Virus record (IMG/VR): IMGVR_UViG_3300045988_120820
Location: 72,335 to 136,334 of that record
Source of the DNA: a virus
DNA length: 64,000 nucleotides
Strand: one strand, 5' to 3'
Made by a program: the position numbers and the translations under genes
Shown here: in pieces, positions 39,237 to 48,483 of the stretch
How the letters are laid out: each line of letters opens with the position of its first letter
How positions within the stretch are numbered: the first letter of the stretch is position 1
Notes under the pieces: generated by a model
The model's database searches: none
The model's input: only the letters and a program-made list of their open reading frames with translations
What the model was told of the DNA's origin: nothing

Positions 39237-40249
39237 TATATCACCTCCTTATTTATTTTATTTAATTCTTTAATTAATATCTCTTCAATATTATCTATAT
39301 CATAATACCAAATCTCTAATAATCTAATATTATTTTCTTTAGCATAATTTCTTTTTCTTTTATCGTGTTCAAGTTGTCTTTCAAAATCTTCCTTAGTTAT
39401 CCAAGTTTTTTGCCATGATTCATGTTGCTCACCTTGACATTCTATAAGTAAGTTGTAATTTGGTAGATAAAAATCATAAGATAAATTGCCGTTTCCTAAT
39501 CCTAATAATCCTTCATATTTTATTTGTGTCTTATAGTCTATATTATATTTTTCTAATATATTCTTAGTTTTTATTTCTAATTGAGAAGAATTACATTCTC
39601 TACAAAACACACCTCTATCAACTTGATTTAAATTTGCTAAATTCCTTTCAAATTCACCACCACATTCTTGACATATAAATTTATACTTGTTACCACTTCT
39701 AGGGGTTACTTCAAATGGTGATTTTTTATTATTAGGAGACCAATATTTAGCCTTATCTGGATATAAACTTCCAAAACTATCTTTTGGATGAATTTTTCCT
39801 ACTTTTTTAGAACAATAAGGACATCTTTTTCCTTCTAAAAAATGAGCAGGAGTTGTAATATAATTGCCATGATAATATTTTTCATTACATATTAAAATAA
39901 TCTTTTCGTGACTTCTACGAGTTATACAATAAGGATTTATACCTCTTTTTTCGTTTTCCTCAAAATCCCAATAATCTTCTAATTTTTCATTTAATTCTTC
40001 TTCAATATAATATGCGAAACTATTATCGTAAGTATGACAACAACTAGAGCATTTACTTCCACGATTAAAATGATTAAATATAACGTCATATTCTCTTTTA
40101 CAATAAGGACATTTAACTCTAATATATACATTATTATTTTTCTTATTTTTATCATCTATAGTCACTTCATTTTTATGATAACTTCCTATATAGACATAAC
40201 CATCTCTACGATTTTCAACTTTTTCTTTGTGTTTTTCATTAAAATACAT
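39236..40249 (-). CDS. free-standing homing-endonuclease-like protein (zinc ribbons plus Vsr/PD-(D/E)XK-like C-terminus), paralog of 6166..7395
   Basis: Near-identical N-terminus (MYFNEKHKEKVENRRDGYVYIGSYH) and C-terminus (NLSYDFYLPNYNLLIECQGEQHE...LEIWYYDIDNIEEIL). Its stop overlaps the S8 start. Confidence 0.6.
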   Translation of the reverse strand: MYFNEKHKEKVENRRDGYVYIGSYHKNEVTIDDKNKKNNNVYIRVKCPYCKREYDVIFNHFNRGSKCSSCCHTYDNSFAYYIEEELNEKLEDYWDFEENEKRGINPYCITRRSHEKIILICNEKYYHGNYITTPAHFLEGKRCPYCSKKVGKIHPKDSFGSLYPDKAKYWSPNNKKSPFEVTPRSGNKYKFICQECGGEFERNLANLNQVDRGVFCRECNSSQLEIKTKNILEKYNIDYKTQIKYEGLLGLGNGNLSYDFYLPNYNLLIECQGEQHESWQKTWITKEDFERQLEHDKRKRNYAKENNIRLLEIWYYDIDNIEEILIKELNKINKEVI

Positions 40250-40290
40250 ATATATTCCTCCTCAATATTTTATTAATTACTATATTATTG

Positions 40291-40323
40291 TATTAACATT
40301 TCTATATTATAAATCACCTATGA
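40291..40323 (-). promoter_or_regulatory. class-2 promoter-like element, copy E
   Basis: - strand: CATAGGTGATTT-N11-ATGTTAATAC (TGnTAATAC is an extended -10). Lies 40 nt upstream of the 39236..40249 start. Confidence 0.55.
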
Positions 40324-40331
40324 TTTATTAA

Positions 40332-40508
40332 TTATTTTTTATTCCATTTATTTAATGCTAAGTCTAAATCTCTATTTCTCATAAATACCCAAAATGTTTT
40401 ATGATTATTAGGATTTAAACCACAAACATAATATTTAAGTCCTTCATTTATTAAAAATTTCTTTTGTTTAGCGTCATAACATATATATAATGGATTTTTA
40501 TAATTCAT
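40332..40508 (-). CDS. small protein (58 aa, below track cutoff), DUF5659-like pattern
   Basis: Hand-translated: MNYKNPLYICYDAKQKKFLINEGLKYYVCGLNPNNHKTFWVFMRNRDLDLALNKWNKK. GGAGGAAG SD. The stop lies inside the junction motif. Confidence 0.55.
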   Translation of the reverse strand: MNYKNPLYICYDAKQKKFLINEGLKYYVCGLNPNNHKTFWVFMRNRDLDLALNKWNKK

Positions 40509-40525
40509 ATTTCTTCCTCCTTATT

Positions 40526-42004
40526 TTAATAATCTCCAGCATTATCCGCTTCTGGCGCTCTATTCGGGTCACCAGACTCCTCTGATGCACTCGGTCTACC
40601 ACCTGTATTTTCAATATCTGCTCCCGACATTGTATGCGAATTAGCTAACGGACTCATAAGAGTTCCAAAATCTAATATACTTTCTATTTGAAGTATATTT
40701 AACGCTTCTAATGGTGAATATCCACATATTCCTAAATGTTCTAGCTTGCTTGTCCACGTTGTTAATCTATTGCAACTAGATTGAATTTTTTCCTCTTTAT
40801 TAAATTTGGTTGTATCACAGAAATATAATTGAAAATTTTTTAATGATGAATTTTTACTAAAAACATAATTTAACCATATTTTGATTCTATCTAATAAATT
40901 CAATGGTACTAAACTATCTACAATTGTCCCATAGATTACAGATTGAGTGCTACTTCTATTATCTCCGTTAAATAAATTGCTATCTATACCTGCTGTATCA
41001 TATACATTATTAGTTAAATTGTTTATTTCTTCATAATCAGAAACTTTATTGGTTTGTAATGAAACGGAATCTATTTTATAAGGAGAACTCACCACCCCTA
41101 TTCCGTCTCTAACATTTCTAACTAATGCTCTATGATAAAACATTGCCGTTTCTGGCTCTATGCTTAATTCACCATCATCATCTGTAGGTAGCAATTGATG
41201 AATTAATTTAAAGTTATTAGCTTCAATATTTTCCATACTAGCGTCAGCTAAATCTTTTATTCTACTTAAATCTAAAAGCAACCCAGAATAATATGGAATA
41301 CCTTTACTTTCTATTACTTCTGGAAGAAAAGCTATTGCATTTTCAAGTGGTAATTTGTAATAGTTATCTACGAAATTTTCATCATTCTTTAAATTACCTG
41401 CTTTATAATCGGCATATAAATTTTGAATATCTGTTGGGTAATATCCTAATTGTTTAGTATTAATACCACTAAGTTTTATACTATAACCCAACATAAAAGA
41501 TTCAGTATAAGTGACTTTACATAAATCTTCGGGTAAAGAAACAAATGTAATACTATCGCTTGTTTCCTGTTTATATAAATATATTTCTCCTTTTCTAAAT
41601 TCACTTTCTAAAACCCAAGGACAAAAAGTTTTTAGATTATATTTTTCTAATTCTAAACACGCTTTTCTATAAGATTTAAAAAAGTTATCCTGTCCTTTAG
41701 TTATAAATTTACTAGCATCTAATGGAACTAAATAATGGTCGTAAGTTAACAAATTCGATTTATAATTTATTATTTCTTTTAAATTACCATTAATTACTCT
41801 CATAAGTTCGGCTTGCTGTTGTAGTGTAGAAACATTAGAATAAGGATTTTCTAAAGCACTAGCTATAGTGTCAGTATCCACCTTGCTTCTTTTCCTATTA
41901 CTAGATATTTTGTCTATGTTACTTATATCAACCATCGAAGCTTGTTGTGCAAAACTTAAATTTTTCTTTTTATTATCTTTCTCTTCGCTCAAACATCTCA
42001 CCAC
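40526..42004 (-). CDS. portal protein
   Basis: 492 aa immediately downstream of terL. Acidic C-terminal tail. Size and position are typical. Confidence 0.7.
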   Translation of the reverse strand: MVRCLSEEKDNKKKNLSFAQQASMVDISNIDKISSNRKRSKVDTDTIASALENPYSNVSTLQQQAELMRVINGNLKEIINYKSNLLTYDHYLVPLDASKFITKGQDNFFKSYRKACLELEKYNLKTFCPWVLESEFRKGEIYLYKQETSDSITFVSLPEDLCKVTYTESFMLGYSIKLSGINTKQLGYYPTDIQNLYADYKAGNLKNDENFVDNYYKLPLENAIAFLPEVIESKGIPYYSGLLLDLSRIKDLADASMENIEANNFKLIHQLLPTDDDGELSIEPETAMFYHRALVRNVRDGIGVVSSPYKIDSVSLQTNKVSDYEEINNLTNNVYDTAGIDSNLFNGDNRSSTQSVIYGTIVDSLVPLNLLDRIKIWLNYVFSKNSSLKNFQLYFCDTTKFNKEEKIQSSCNRLTTWTSKLEHLGICGYSPLEALNILQIESILDFGTLMSPLANSHTMSGADIENTGGRPSASEESGDPNRAPEADNAGDY

Positions 42005-42007
42005 CTT

Positions 42008-44108
42008 TTAATTAGCTAAGAAAATATGTCTTTTTCTCTTGTTTCTATTTTTCTTTCTTATATCTTTTTCTATTAATTCAGCTAAATAATTACCATAAGT
42101 AATAGAAGAATATCTATCTTTACGATTTCTTCCTTTTTCTTTAAGAACTATATCACCATTTCCCATAGTTTCATAATCTAAGTTTATTGATTCAAATATA
42201 AAATTAGATGTTTGAATAAATGGTGCTATTTTATTAGCATGGTATTCAGCGTCTTGATGATATTTTAAGTCTTTACTAAAGTCTCCTCTTTTTTCATTTT
42301 CTTCTATTAATAATCTTATTTTTTTACTACCAAAAGCATTTTTAAGATATACTGCACAATCATTATTTATTTTTTGATTCCCTTTAATTACATATATACA
42401 ATTTATACCATTTTTTAAAGGTTGAAAATCTTTTGATTGTGTACTCATATCATAAATGCCAAAAGGTTCGTAATGTTCATCAATATTTTCGTCATAAGAT
42501 GATTTTTCCATCTCTTGTATTACTGCTATACCTAAACCACCACCATCTATAATGATTTTATCAGCTTTAAATTCTGTATATAATCTCTTAATTCTAGTGG
42601 CTTGTTTTTCAAATTTCATACCATTATGTGATTCCATATAAACAACTTCTCTAATAATATTATTTCCACTAGGAAGTAATCTCCATAAAGTAAAAATAGA
42701 GTTATCATTTTTATTTGATTTGTTAGCTTTTGCTGTGGCTACATCGACCGAAATTATTCTTATTTCGTCTTTCTTTTTAGGCATTTGTCTTAATTTCTTT
42801 TTCTTCTCTTCCGGATTTCTATAGTCGTCATCTGTTAATGGATAATAACAATTCTTTAAAACTCTAGCATTTAACATATCAGATGTATTAAAGAAGCAAT
42901 CACCACTTTGTCCATGCCATATAGCACCATATTCCATATTAAATACAAATTCGCCCATGTCCTCTTTATCTTCTTCAATCTTATCTTTTAATACAAGTTT
43001 ATGGTCTAAAGAAGCTAAATAAGGAATAGCACATGCAAATGATTTTCCACCCTCAAACATTCTATTTAGTATAGTCATAAACTTTTCATAACTCCAATGA
43101 ACTTTCATCCATGCAGAACTTAGATATATCTCCATATTAGCTTCTAATGGATAATCTGCATATTCGGGTTTTTCTAAAAATGGAGGTTTTCTTGGATTTG
43201 TTAAGAATTGTTTTAAAACTGAATTTATTATATCTAATTTGATAAGCCTAAATTCGTCTGCAACCAATACGTTACCTCTCAACGATTTGTTATCCTATAG
43301 GCTTTTTATCCCATAGTTCTTACATTTTACCATCATGTAAGTCCAGCATACATTTTCACCTTCAGCATTATCTGTTAAGGGGAGGAGGCTCGTGAGAAAA
43401 TTATTGCTCTCATATTATCGCTCATTTCTTATGCGTTACAAACAGTATTAGATATTACTGCTCTCGGTATTGTCCCTTGTGAATTGGAGGATTCTCTTTT
43501 AATTTTATACAAATTCAAAATGAAGATTTCCTGTGCTTTTTCTTCTCTTAATATAAAATTATTATTCATTTTATGAACCGATACACCCCTCTAATTATCT
43601 AAAAAATTTCTCTTTTAGACGGCTATACTTTTTAACCTCTCGCTCCATCATTAGAAGCTATAGCTGTTATTACAGAACCATTTTTAAAAATACATTTAAC
43701 ATTATCCTTATTATTTTGAACTTTTTTAATTTCTTTTGCTAACGCAGGGTAATCCCTGCGTAAATCTTCAATCTTTTCGGTTATAATTAATCCTGCTTGG
43801 TCTTTATTACCAGATGCAACTACTATCTTTGAACCCGGATATAATATTGCTCTACAACATACAAATATCGCGGTTATAAAACTTTTTCCCAAACCCCTCG
43901 ATGCAATCCAGCACACACTTGTACATATATTCATCATGTAAAGCAATACTTGTTGAAACCAATACAAATTAATTCCTAACCAATCCATACAAAATCTATG
44001 TGGATTTTTTCTAAAATATTCAGTCCATATTTTTACACCATCTAATAAGTTTTCATATGAATCCTTTTTTAAGTTTTTTCTTTGTTTACATTTTAATTTA
44101 TTTTCCAT
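42008..44108 (-). CDS. terL: terminase large subunit, split gene (exon 1 43635..44108, exon 2 42008..43282)
   Basis: Exon 1 has Walker A SRGLGKSF and ends ...SNDGARG*. Exon 2 starts (L)RGNVLVADEF (Walker B region) with no SD and continues into the nuclease half. The likely start is the ATG at 44108 (MENKLKC). Confidence 0.8.
43283..43634 (-). mobile_element. group I-like intron (family beta), ORF-less, in terL
   Basis: An in-frame TAA follows GGT. GCCGUCU 11 nt inside can pair with exon AGAGGU. Long alignable blocks with TMP intron B. Confidence 0.75.
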
Positions 44109-44943
44109 ATCCACGCTCATCCTCCTCTGTATAAGGAGTTGAATCATTGTTCATTAACTTCTTAATAGGGTTTAAGAAGTAACGATTTAACCACCATTTG
44201 ATTCTATCAACATCATCATATTCTGGATGAACATCTGGGATAGGTTCATTTTTTTCTATTTTAGCAATTAATGTCCCATAACTTAAGTTATCGTCTTCAC
44301 CATATTTACTCATCTTAGACGGTAAAACATTTAATTCTTCCATACGTTTGGAAATTTGATTAGTTAAGTTTTCAAATGCTTTTTGGTCATTCTTGACTAT
44401 AGCTCTTTCTCTTAGAACCTCTAACATACATATTGTTTTAATTAAATTAACTTCTTGAATGGCTTTAGATGGGTAATTATCTGTGTATTGTTCATATTTT
44501 CTTTGGAGTAATTCATACTCATCATCTTGAAATCCCTTACCCCAAAAGTTAACAACCTCACTTGAAGTAACTGTTTCCCCAGTAATAATATTAGTTACAC
44601 CATCATAAGTAAGTATATTATCTAAAGATGTTAATCCTTTAAATGCTTTGTCTCTATTGATTATTCTAGTATAATTACCTAAAAAATTATTACCATATTT
44701 TTCAACACATTTTAAATACGTTTCTTCATCATAATACATATCTAAAACCATACATAAATGTATGAAAGCTAACCTATGGTCGTTATTATAATTCTTTAAC
44801 AACTTTTTAAAATACTTGTCAACTACTTCCTTACTCATAGGTAATTTCTTATCATGTTCATAAAGCATTGATTGTGTAGAGTAGAAATCTCTAACGGTGG
44901 GTTTAAATTTACCTGTAGCTGAACATTGTTTTGTGTCTGCCAT
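44098..44943 (-). CDS. putative terminase small subunit
   Basis: 281 aa directly upstream of terL, overlapping it. First gene after three terminators. The call is positional. Confidence 0.5.
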   Translation of the reverse strand: MADTKQCSATGKFKPTVRDFYSTQSMLYEHDKKLPMSKEVVDKYFKKLLKNYNNDHRLAFIHLCMVLDMYYDEETYLKCVEKYGNNFLGNYTRIINRDKAFKGLTSLDNILTYDGVTNIITGETVTSSEVVNFWGKGFQDDEYELLQRKYEQYTDNYPSKAIQEVNLIKTICMLEVLRERAIVKNDQKAFENLTNQISKRMEELNVLPSKMSKYGEDDNLSYGTLIAKIEKNEPIPDVHPEYDDVDRIKWWLNRYFLNPIKKLMNNDSTPYTEEDERGYGK

Positions 44944-44960
44944 TTTATCACTCTCCTTTT

Positions 44961-45012
44961 AAAAATGAAAAAAAATGGTTACGACTAATGGAAGGAGTTT
45001 TTAGCCGTAACC
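44961..45012 (-). terminator. rho-independent terminator T3 just upstream of the terS SD
   Basis: GGTTACG...CGTAACC stem followed by ATTTTTTTTCATTTTT on the - strand. Confidence 0.7.
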
Positions 45013-45027
45013 TAAAGGGGAGAAATT

Positions 45028-45062
45028 ATTTTTTGAGCCTTATTTTAAAGACTCAAAAAATA
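45028..45062. terminator. bidirectional hairpin T2
   Basis: TTTTTGAG...CTCAAAAA, flanked by T/A runs on both sides. Confidence 0.55.
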
Positions 45063-45090
45063 CTGATATAATTATCAATATCATTTCAAT

Positions 45091-45125
45091 CCTTAAAATA
45101 AAAATACCACTCTTATTTGAGTGGC
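45091..45125 (-). terminator. rho-independent terminator T1 after the phosphoesterase gene
   Basis: CCACTC/GAGTGG stem followed by TATTTTTATTTT on the - strand. Confidence 0.7.
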
Positions 45126-45133
45126 TTAATTAA

Positions 45134-46261
45134 TTATTCAACTTTCATTACGTAACTTGCAACTACTCCATCTTCATCAAGTATTAATAATGTTTGAGAA
45201 GGTTTGTTATATAATTTTTTCTTCATAGCATAATCATCTGTTGAAATTAAACTACCATTTATATATATATTTGTATTATATTGTGAAAACATTTTAGGTT
45301 GATGATAATGTCCTAATAAAATTAAATCTATGTTTTCACCACCTATAACCATAGATAATTCTTCACTTACTTTATTTAAATTAACTTGGTCGCCATGACA
45401 TGAAACAACTGTATTTCCTTTTACATTCATTACAGATAGTTCACCATTATTTATCGAATCTAAAAATACAACATTAGATAAATTTGATGTTCTCATTTTA
45501 ATCATTTCATTTAATAACATAGAATAATTGTTACTATTACTTCTATCATCTTTCATCATTTCTACTGCTTCATGGTTACCATTGTTTTGAGTTACAGTTA
45601 AATAAAAATAATTTGATAATTTTTCTATTACCTGTGATATTATTTCACTAACACTTACTATTTGTTTTACCAAAGATTCTTGATTAGATAATTTAATACT
45701 ATTATGTAATTCACCAGATATTAAATCTCCGTTCAATACTAAATGTAATTTATCTATGTTATTATCAATACAATGTTCTATTGTTTTATTAATTATTTTA
45801 TCTAACCTTTTTATAGCTATATCTTTATTATATTTATTTATTGAATTTTCTACAGTCATAGAAATATGTAAATCGCTTAATATCAAAATTCCGTCTTTCC
45901 CACTAGAATCTTCTTTTGGAACATAGCGATTCAACAATGGATTTCTTGAATTTAAATTATTAATTTCTTCACTTATTAAATTCATTACATTTTCCATCCT
46001 AGATAACCCTCTTAATTGTCTATTCACTTCTGTCCTTAAATCAGTTAACTTTATTTTTTCCTTTTTTATTTCAGCTAATGTTTTGCTATCTACATCATTT
46101 TCATCTATAGTTTCAGAATATAATTTAAATCCATATGCTAATTTTCTTAAATGGTCGTCTGAATAATCTGTTTCATATTTTCTATTTATATCTTCCCATG
46201 ACATATCATTTAATTTATTAAGTTTATTTAAACAATCCTGTATTAATCCCTTTTTATTCAT
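45134..46261 (-). CDS. calcineurin-like metallophosphoesterase with N-terminal helical domain
   Basis: Motifs LSDLH, NGDL, NGNHE, CHGD, GHYH in canonical order. The ATG at 46261 follows GGAGGG. Confidence 0.75.
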   Translation of the reverse strand: MNKKGLIQDCLNKLNKLNDMSWEDINRKYETDYSDDHLRKLAYGFKLYSETIDENDVDSKTLAEIKKEKIKLTDLRTEVNRQLRGLSRMENVMNLISEEINNLNSRNPLLNRYVPKEDSSGKDGILILSDLHISMTVENSINKYNKDIAIKRLDKIINKTIEHCIDNNIDKLHLVLNGDLISGELHNSIKLSNQESLVKQIVSVSEIISQVIEKLSNYFYLTVTQNNGNHEAVEMMKDDRSNSNNYSMLLNEMIKMRTSNLSNVVFLDSINNGELSVMNVKGNTVVSCHGDQVNLNKVSEELSMVIGGENIDLILLGHYHQPKMFSQYNTNIYINGSLISTDDYAMKKKLYNKPSQTLLILDEDGVVASYVMKVE

Positions 46262-46276
46262 AATTCCCTCCAAATA

Positions 46277-46311
46277 AACAAAAAAATAATTGGGAGGTTT
46301 TTATGCCTCCC
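46277..46311 (-). terminator. rho-independent terminator
   Basis: GGGAGG/CCTCCC stem followed by AATTATTTTTTTG on the - strand. Confidence 0.7.
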
Positions 46312-46319
46312 TTATTTAA

Positions 46320-46511
46320 TTATCTTTCATTTACATTCTCTATCTTAATTTTAACTTTATCTTCTCCAATAAAATTATTAAATAAATCTTCCAAAGAAAA
46401 AGTTTCTAAACTATAACCATCTTTATCTAATTCTTCAACAACAATGCCGTTATCAGTTTCTTTAACCTTTGATATTTTTATTTCTAATGTTTTTCCTTCT
46501 TTAAAAATCAT
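46320..46511 (-). CDS. hypothetical small protein
   Basis: 63-aa ORF with SD and junction motif upstream. Confidence 0.5.
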   Translation of the reverse strand: MIFKEGKTLEIKISKVKETDNGIVVEELDKDGYSLETFSLEDLFNNFIGEDKVKIKIENVNER

Positions 46512-46529
46512 ATAATCATTCTCCCTTTA

Positions 46530-46811
46530 TTAATTATTATGAATTAATTGTTCAAGTATATATTCTAATGACGATTTTATCTCTTCAAAATTATAAGAAC
46601 GACATATGTCTGTTTTAAATATTCTACCACGTACACCTGTAGGATACATTCTATAAGCCAATACACTCTTATCATTTACCATATATGTTATTATTCTATT
46701 ACAATCATAACATACCATTTCATATGTTAATGTATCATTATTTAATTTAAATCCCAACTCTTTTAATTTATTGTCTATATCTTCATTGAAAATATAATAT
46801 TTATTAAACAT
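46530..46811 (-). CDS. hypothetical small protein
   Basis: 93-aa ORF with SD and junction motif upstream. Confidence 0.5.
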   Translation of the reverse strand: MFNKYYIFNEDIDNKLKELGFKLNNDTLTYEMVCYDCNRIITYMVNDKSVLAYRMYPTGVRGRIFKTDICRSYNFEEIKSSLEYILEQLIHNN

Positions 46812-46833
46812 TAAATTCTCCTCCCTTTATTAA

Positions 46834-47139
46834 TTATTCACCTTGTATTCTTTTAGCAACAGACTTTTTAAGTCTAACCTTAACAACTTCTTTATCTTCA
46901 GTTTTAAAAGGTGTTTCTTTTCCTTCTTTAGTTTTCATCACACCTTCTCTACCTTTTTTAACTTTCTTATCTACTAAGAACATTCCTAGAGAAACAGATT
47001 CATCAACATCTATTTGTTCATATACAGAAGCTACAACATCTTCTAATGCTTTTAACACCTCTCTAGCTTCTGCCTGTGATACTTTTAGACCTCTTTCTTC
47101 TAAAGCTCCTTGTAGTTCTTTTATTACGTTTATTTCCAT
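46834..47139 (-). CDS. HU/IHF-like DNA-binding protein
   Basis: About 100 aa. N-terminal helical KELQGALEERGLKVSQAEAREVLKALEDVV, then a basic beta-arm (KKGREGVMKTKEGKETPFK), as in the HU family. Confidence 0.5.
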   Translation of the reverse strand: MEINVIKELQGALEERGLKVSQAEAREVLKALEDVVASVYEQIDVDESVSLGMFLVDKKVKKGREGVMKTKEGKETPFKTEDKEVVKVRLKKSVAKRIQGE

Positions 47140-47276
47140 AAAACATACCCCCTTATAAATTATAAAATATTAATAAAAATAACAAATATTATAGGCTTTT
47201 TAGCCTTACATAATATATATTATAAATACTAGGAAAAAAAGGTAATATTTTGCAATACGTTTAAAATATATTATTT

Positions 47277-48461
47277 TTATCGGCATTTTTTACACATAGG
47301 CATTAGTCCTTGTTTACCATTTTTATTAAATTTATTTGTTAATTTAATCTCACCACAAGCATTACATTTCTTATACTCTCCTTTTCTTATATTTAAATAG
47401 TATATATCTTCTATTTTTTCTTCATATACCATTGTAATTTTTTTAATTATAGTATTCAACATACTTTCGACACTTTTTCTATCTTTACCCAATTCCTTAG
47501 CTATATTTTTAATTGTCATACCATTTTTCCACATATGTAATAATTCTTCCTGTTTATCGGTTAATTCTACTTCTTTTAATACAGTTTCTAAATCTTGAAA
47601 CATACATCCTAAATCGCTTTGAAAGTCATATACTTCAGACTCTTTATATAATTGTAATAAAGCTTTAATGTGAGTAGGGTCTAATTCATCAAATTCATTC
47701 CAATCAGCTTGACCATTATCTTTAAGTGGTGCTTTAAAATTTATAGGTCTTATTAATTCTATTTTAGTTTGAACCATATCGTTTTTTAATTTACCAATAT
47801 GGTTCATTAAAAATGTTTTAGCTTGTTTATTTGTTTTTATTTTTTTATAACCTTTATTCTGCATATATTCAACAAATTCATTCAGCCTATCTTCTTTAAT
47901 ATAAGCCGACAATCTATCTATTTCTTTTTTATATTCTCTAAGTTCTAGACATCTCTTTAAATCATCACTTGTTACGACTTCGTCTTTAGATTTTTTATAA
48001 TTATCTTTTCTCCTCAATATAATTATTTCATCATTAATTGTATTTTCACCGTATCTATTAATACATTTTTTTTCTTTAATTAATGCATTTTTAAAATCTT
48101 CTTCATTATTATAAATTTTAATATTTTCTTTTTTATTTTTATTAGGGTCAGCCCAAAAAATATAGTTGGCTAACATTTCTAATGTTTTAGCAATATTACT
48201 GTCAGTATAAAGTTCGGTCTCGTTATTAGGTGTTAAATCAATATAACTTGTCTTATTGGGTCTTTGTTCAAATACTTCATTCCAAAATTCATCATTGCTA
48301 AATTCGACTCCGTTTTCATCTTTTGCTACATTCAATAAATCATATATATATTGTATTCTACCCTCTAAGTCATCTATAGTAGTATCTAATTTTGTATAAT
48401 CATAAATATTTTTACCGTCTATTTTGCTGAAAAATCTGTTAAAATATATTCTATTTCCCAT
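47277..48461 (-). CDS. putative transcription regulator with sigma-70 region-4-like HTH and C-terminal zinc ribbon
   Basis: LTDKQEELLHMWKNGMTIKNIAKELGKDRKSVESMLNTIIKKI resembles sigma region 4/LuxR-type HTH. C-terminal CNACGE...CKKC. Confidence 0.5.
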   Translation of the reverse strand: MGNRIYFNRFFSKIDGKNIYDYTKLDTTIDDLEGRIQYIYDLLNVAKDENGVEFSNDEFWNEVFEQRPNKTSYIDLTPNNETELYTDSNIAKTLEMLANYIFWADPNKNKKENIKIYNNEEDFKNALIKEKKCINRYGENTINDEIIILRRKDNYKKSKDEVVTSDDLKRCLELREYKKEIDRLSAYIKEDRLNEFVEYMQNKGYKKIKTNKQAKTFLMNHIGKLKNDMVQTKIELIRPINFKAPLKDNGQADWNEFDELDPTHIKALLQLYKESEVYDFQSDLGCMFQDLETVLKEVELTDKQEELLHMWKNGMTIKNIAKELGKDRKSVESMLNTIIKKITMVYEEKIEDIYYLNIRKGEYKKCNACGEIKLTNKFNKNGKQGLMPMCKKCR

Positions 48462-48483
48462 TTTATATCATCTCCCTTATTTA

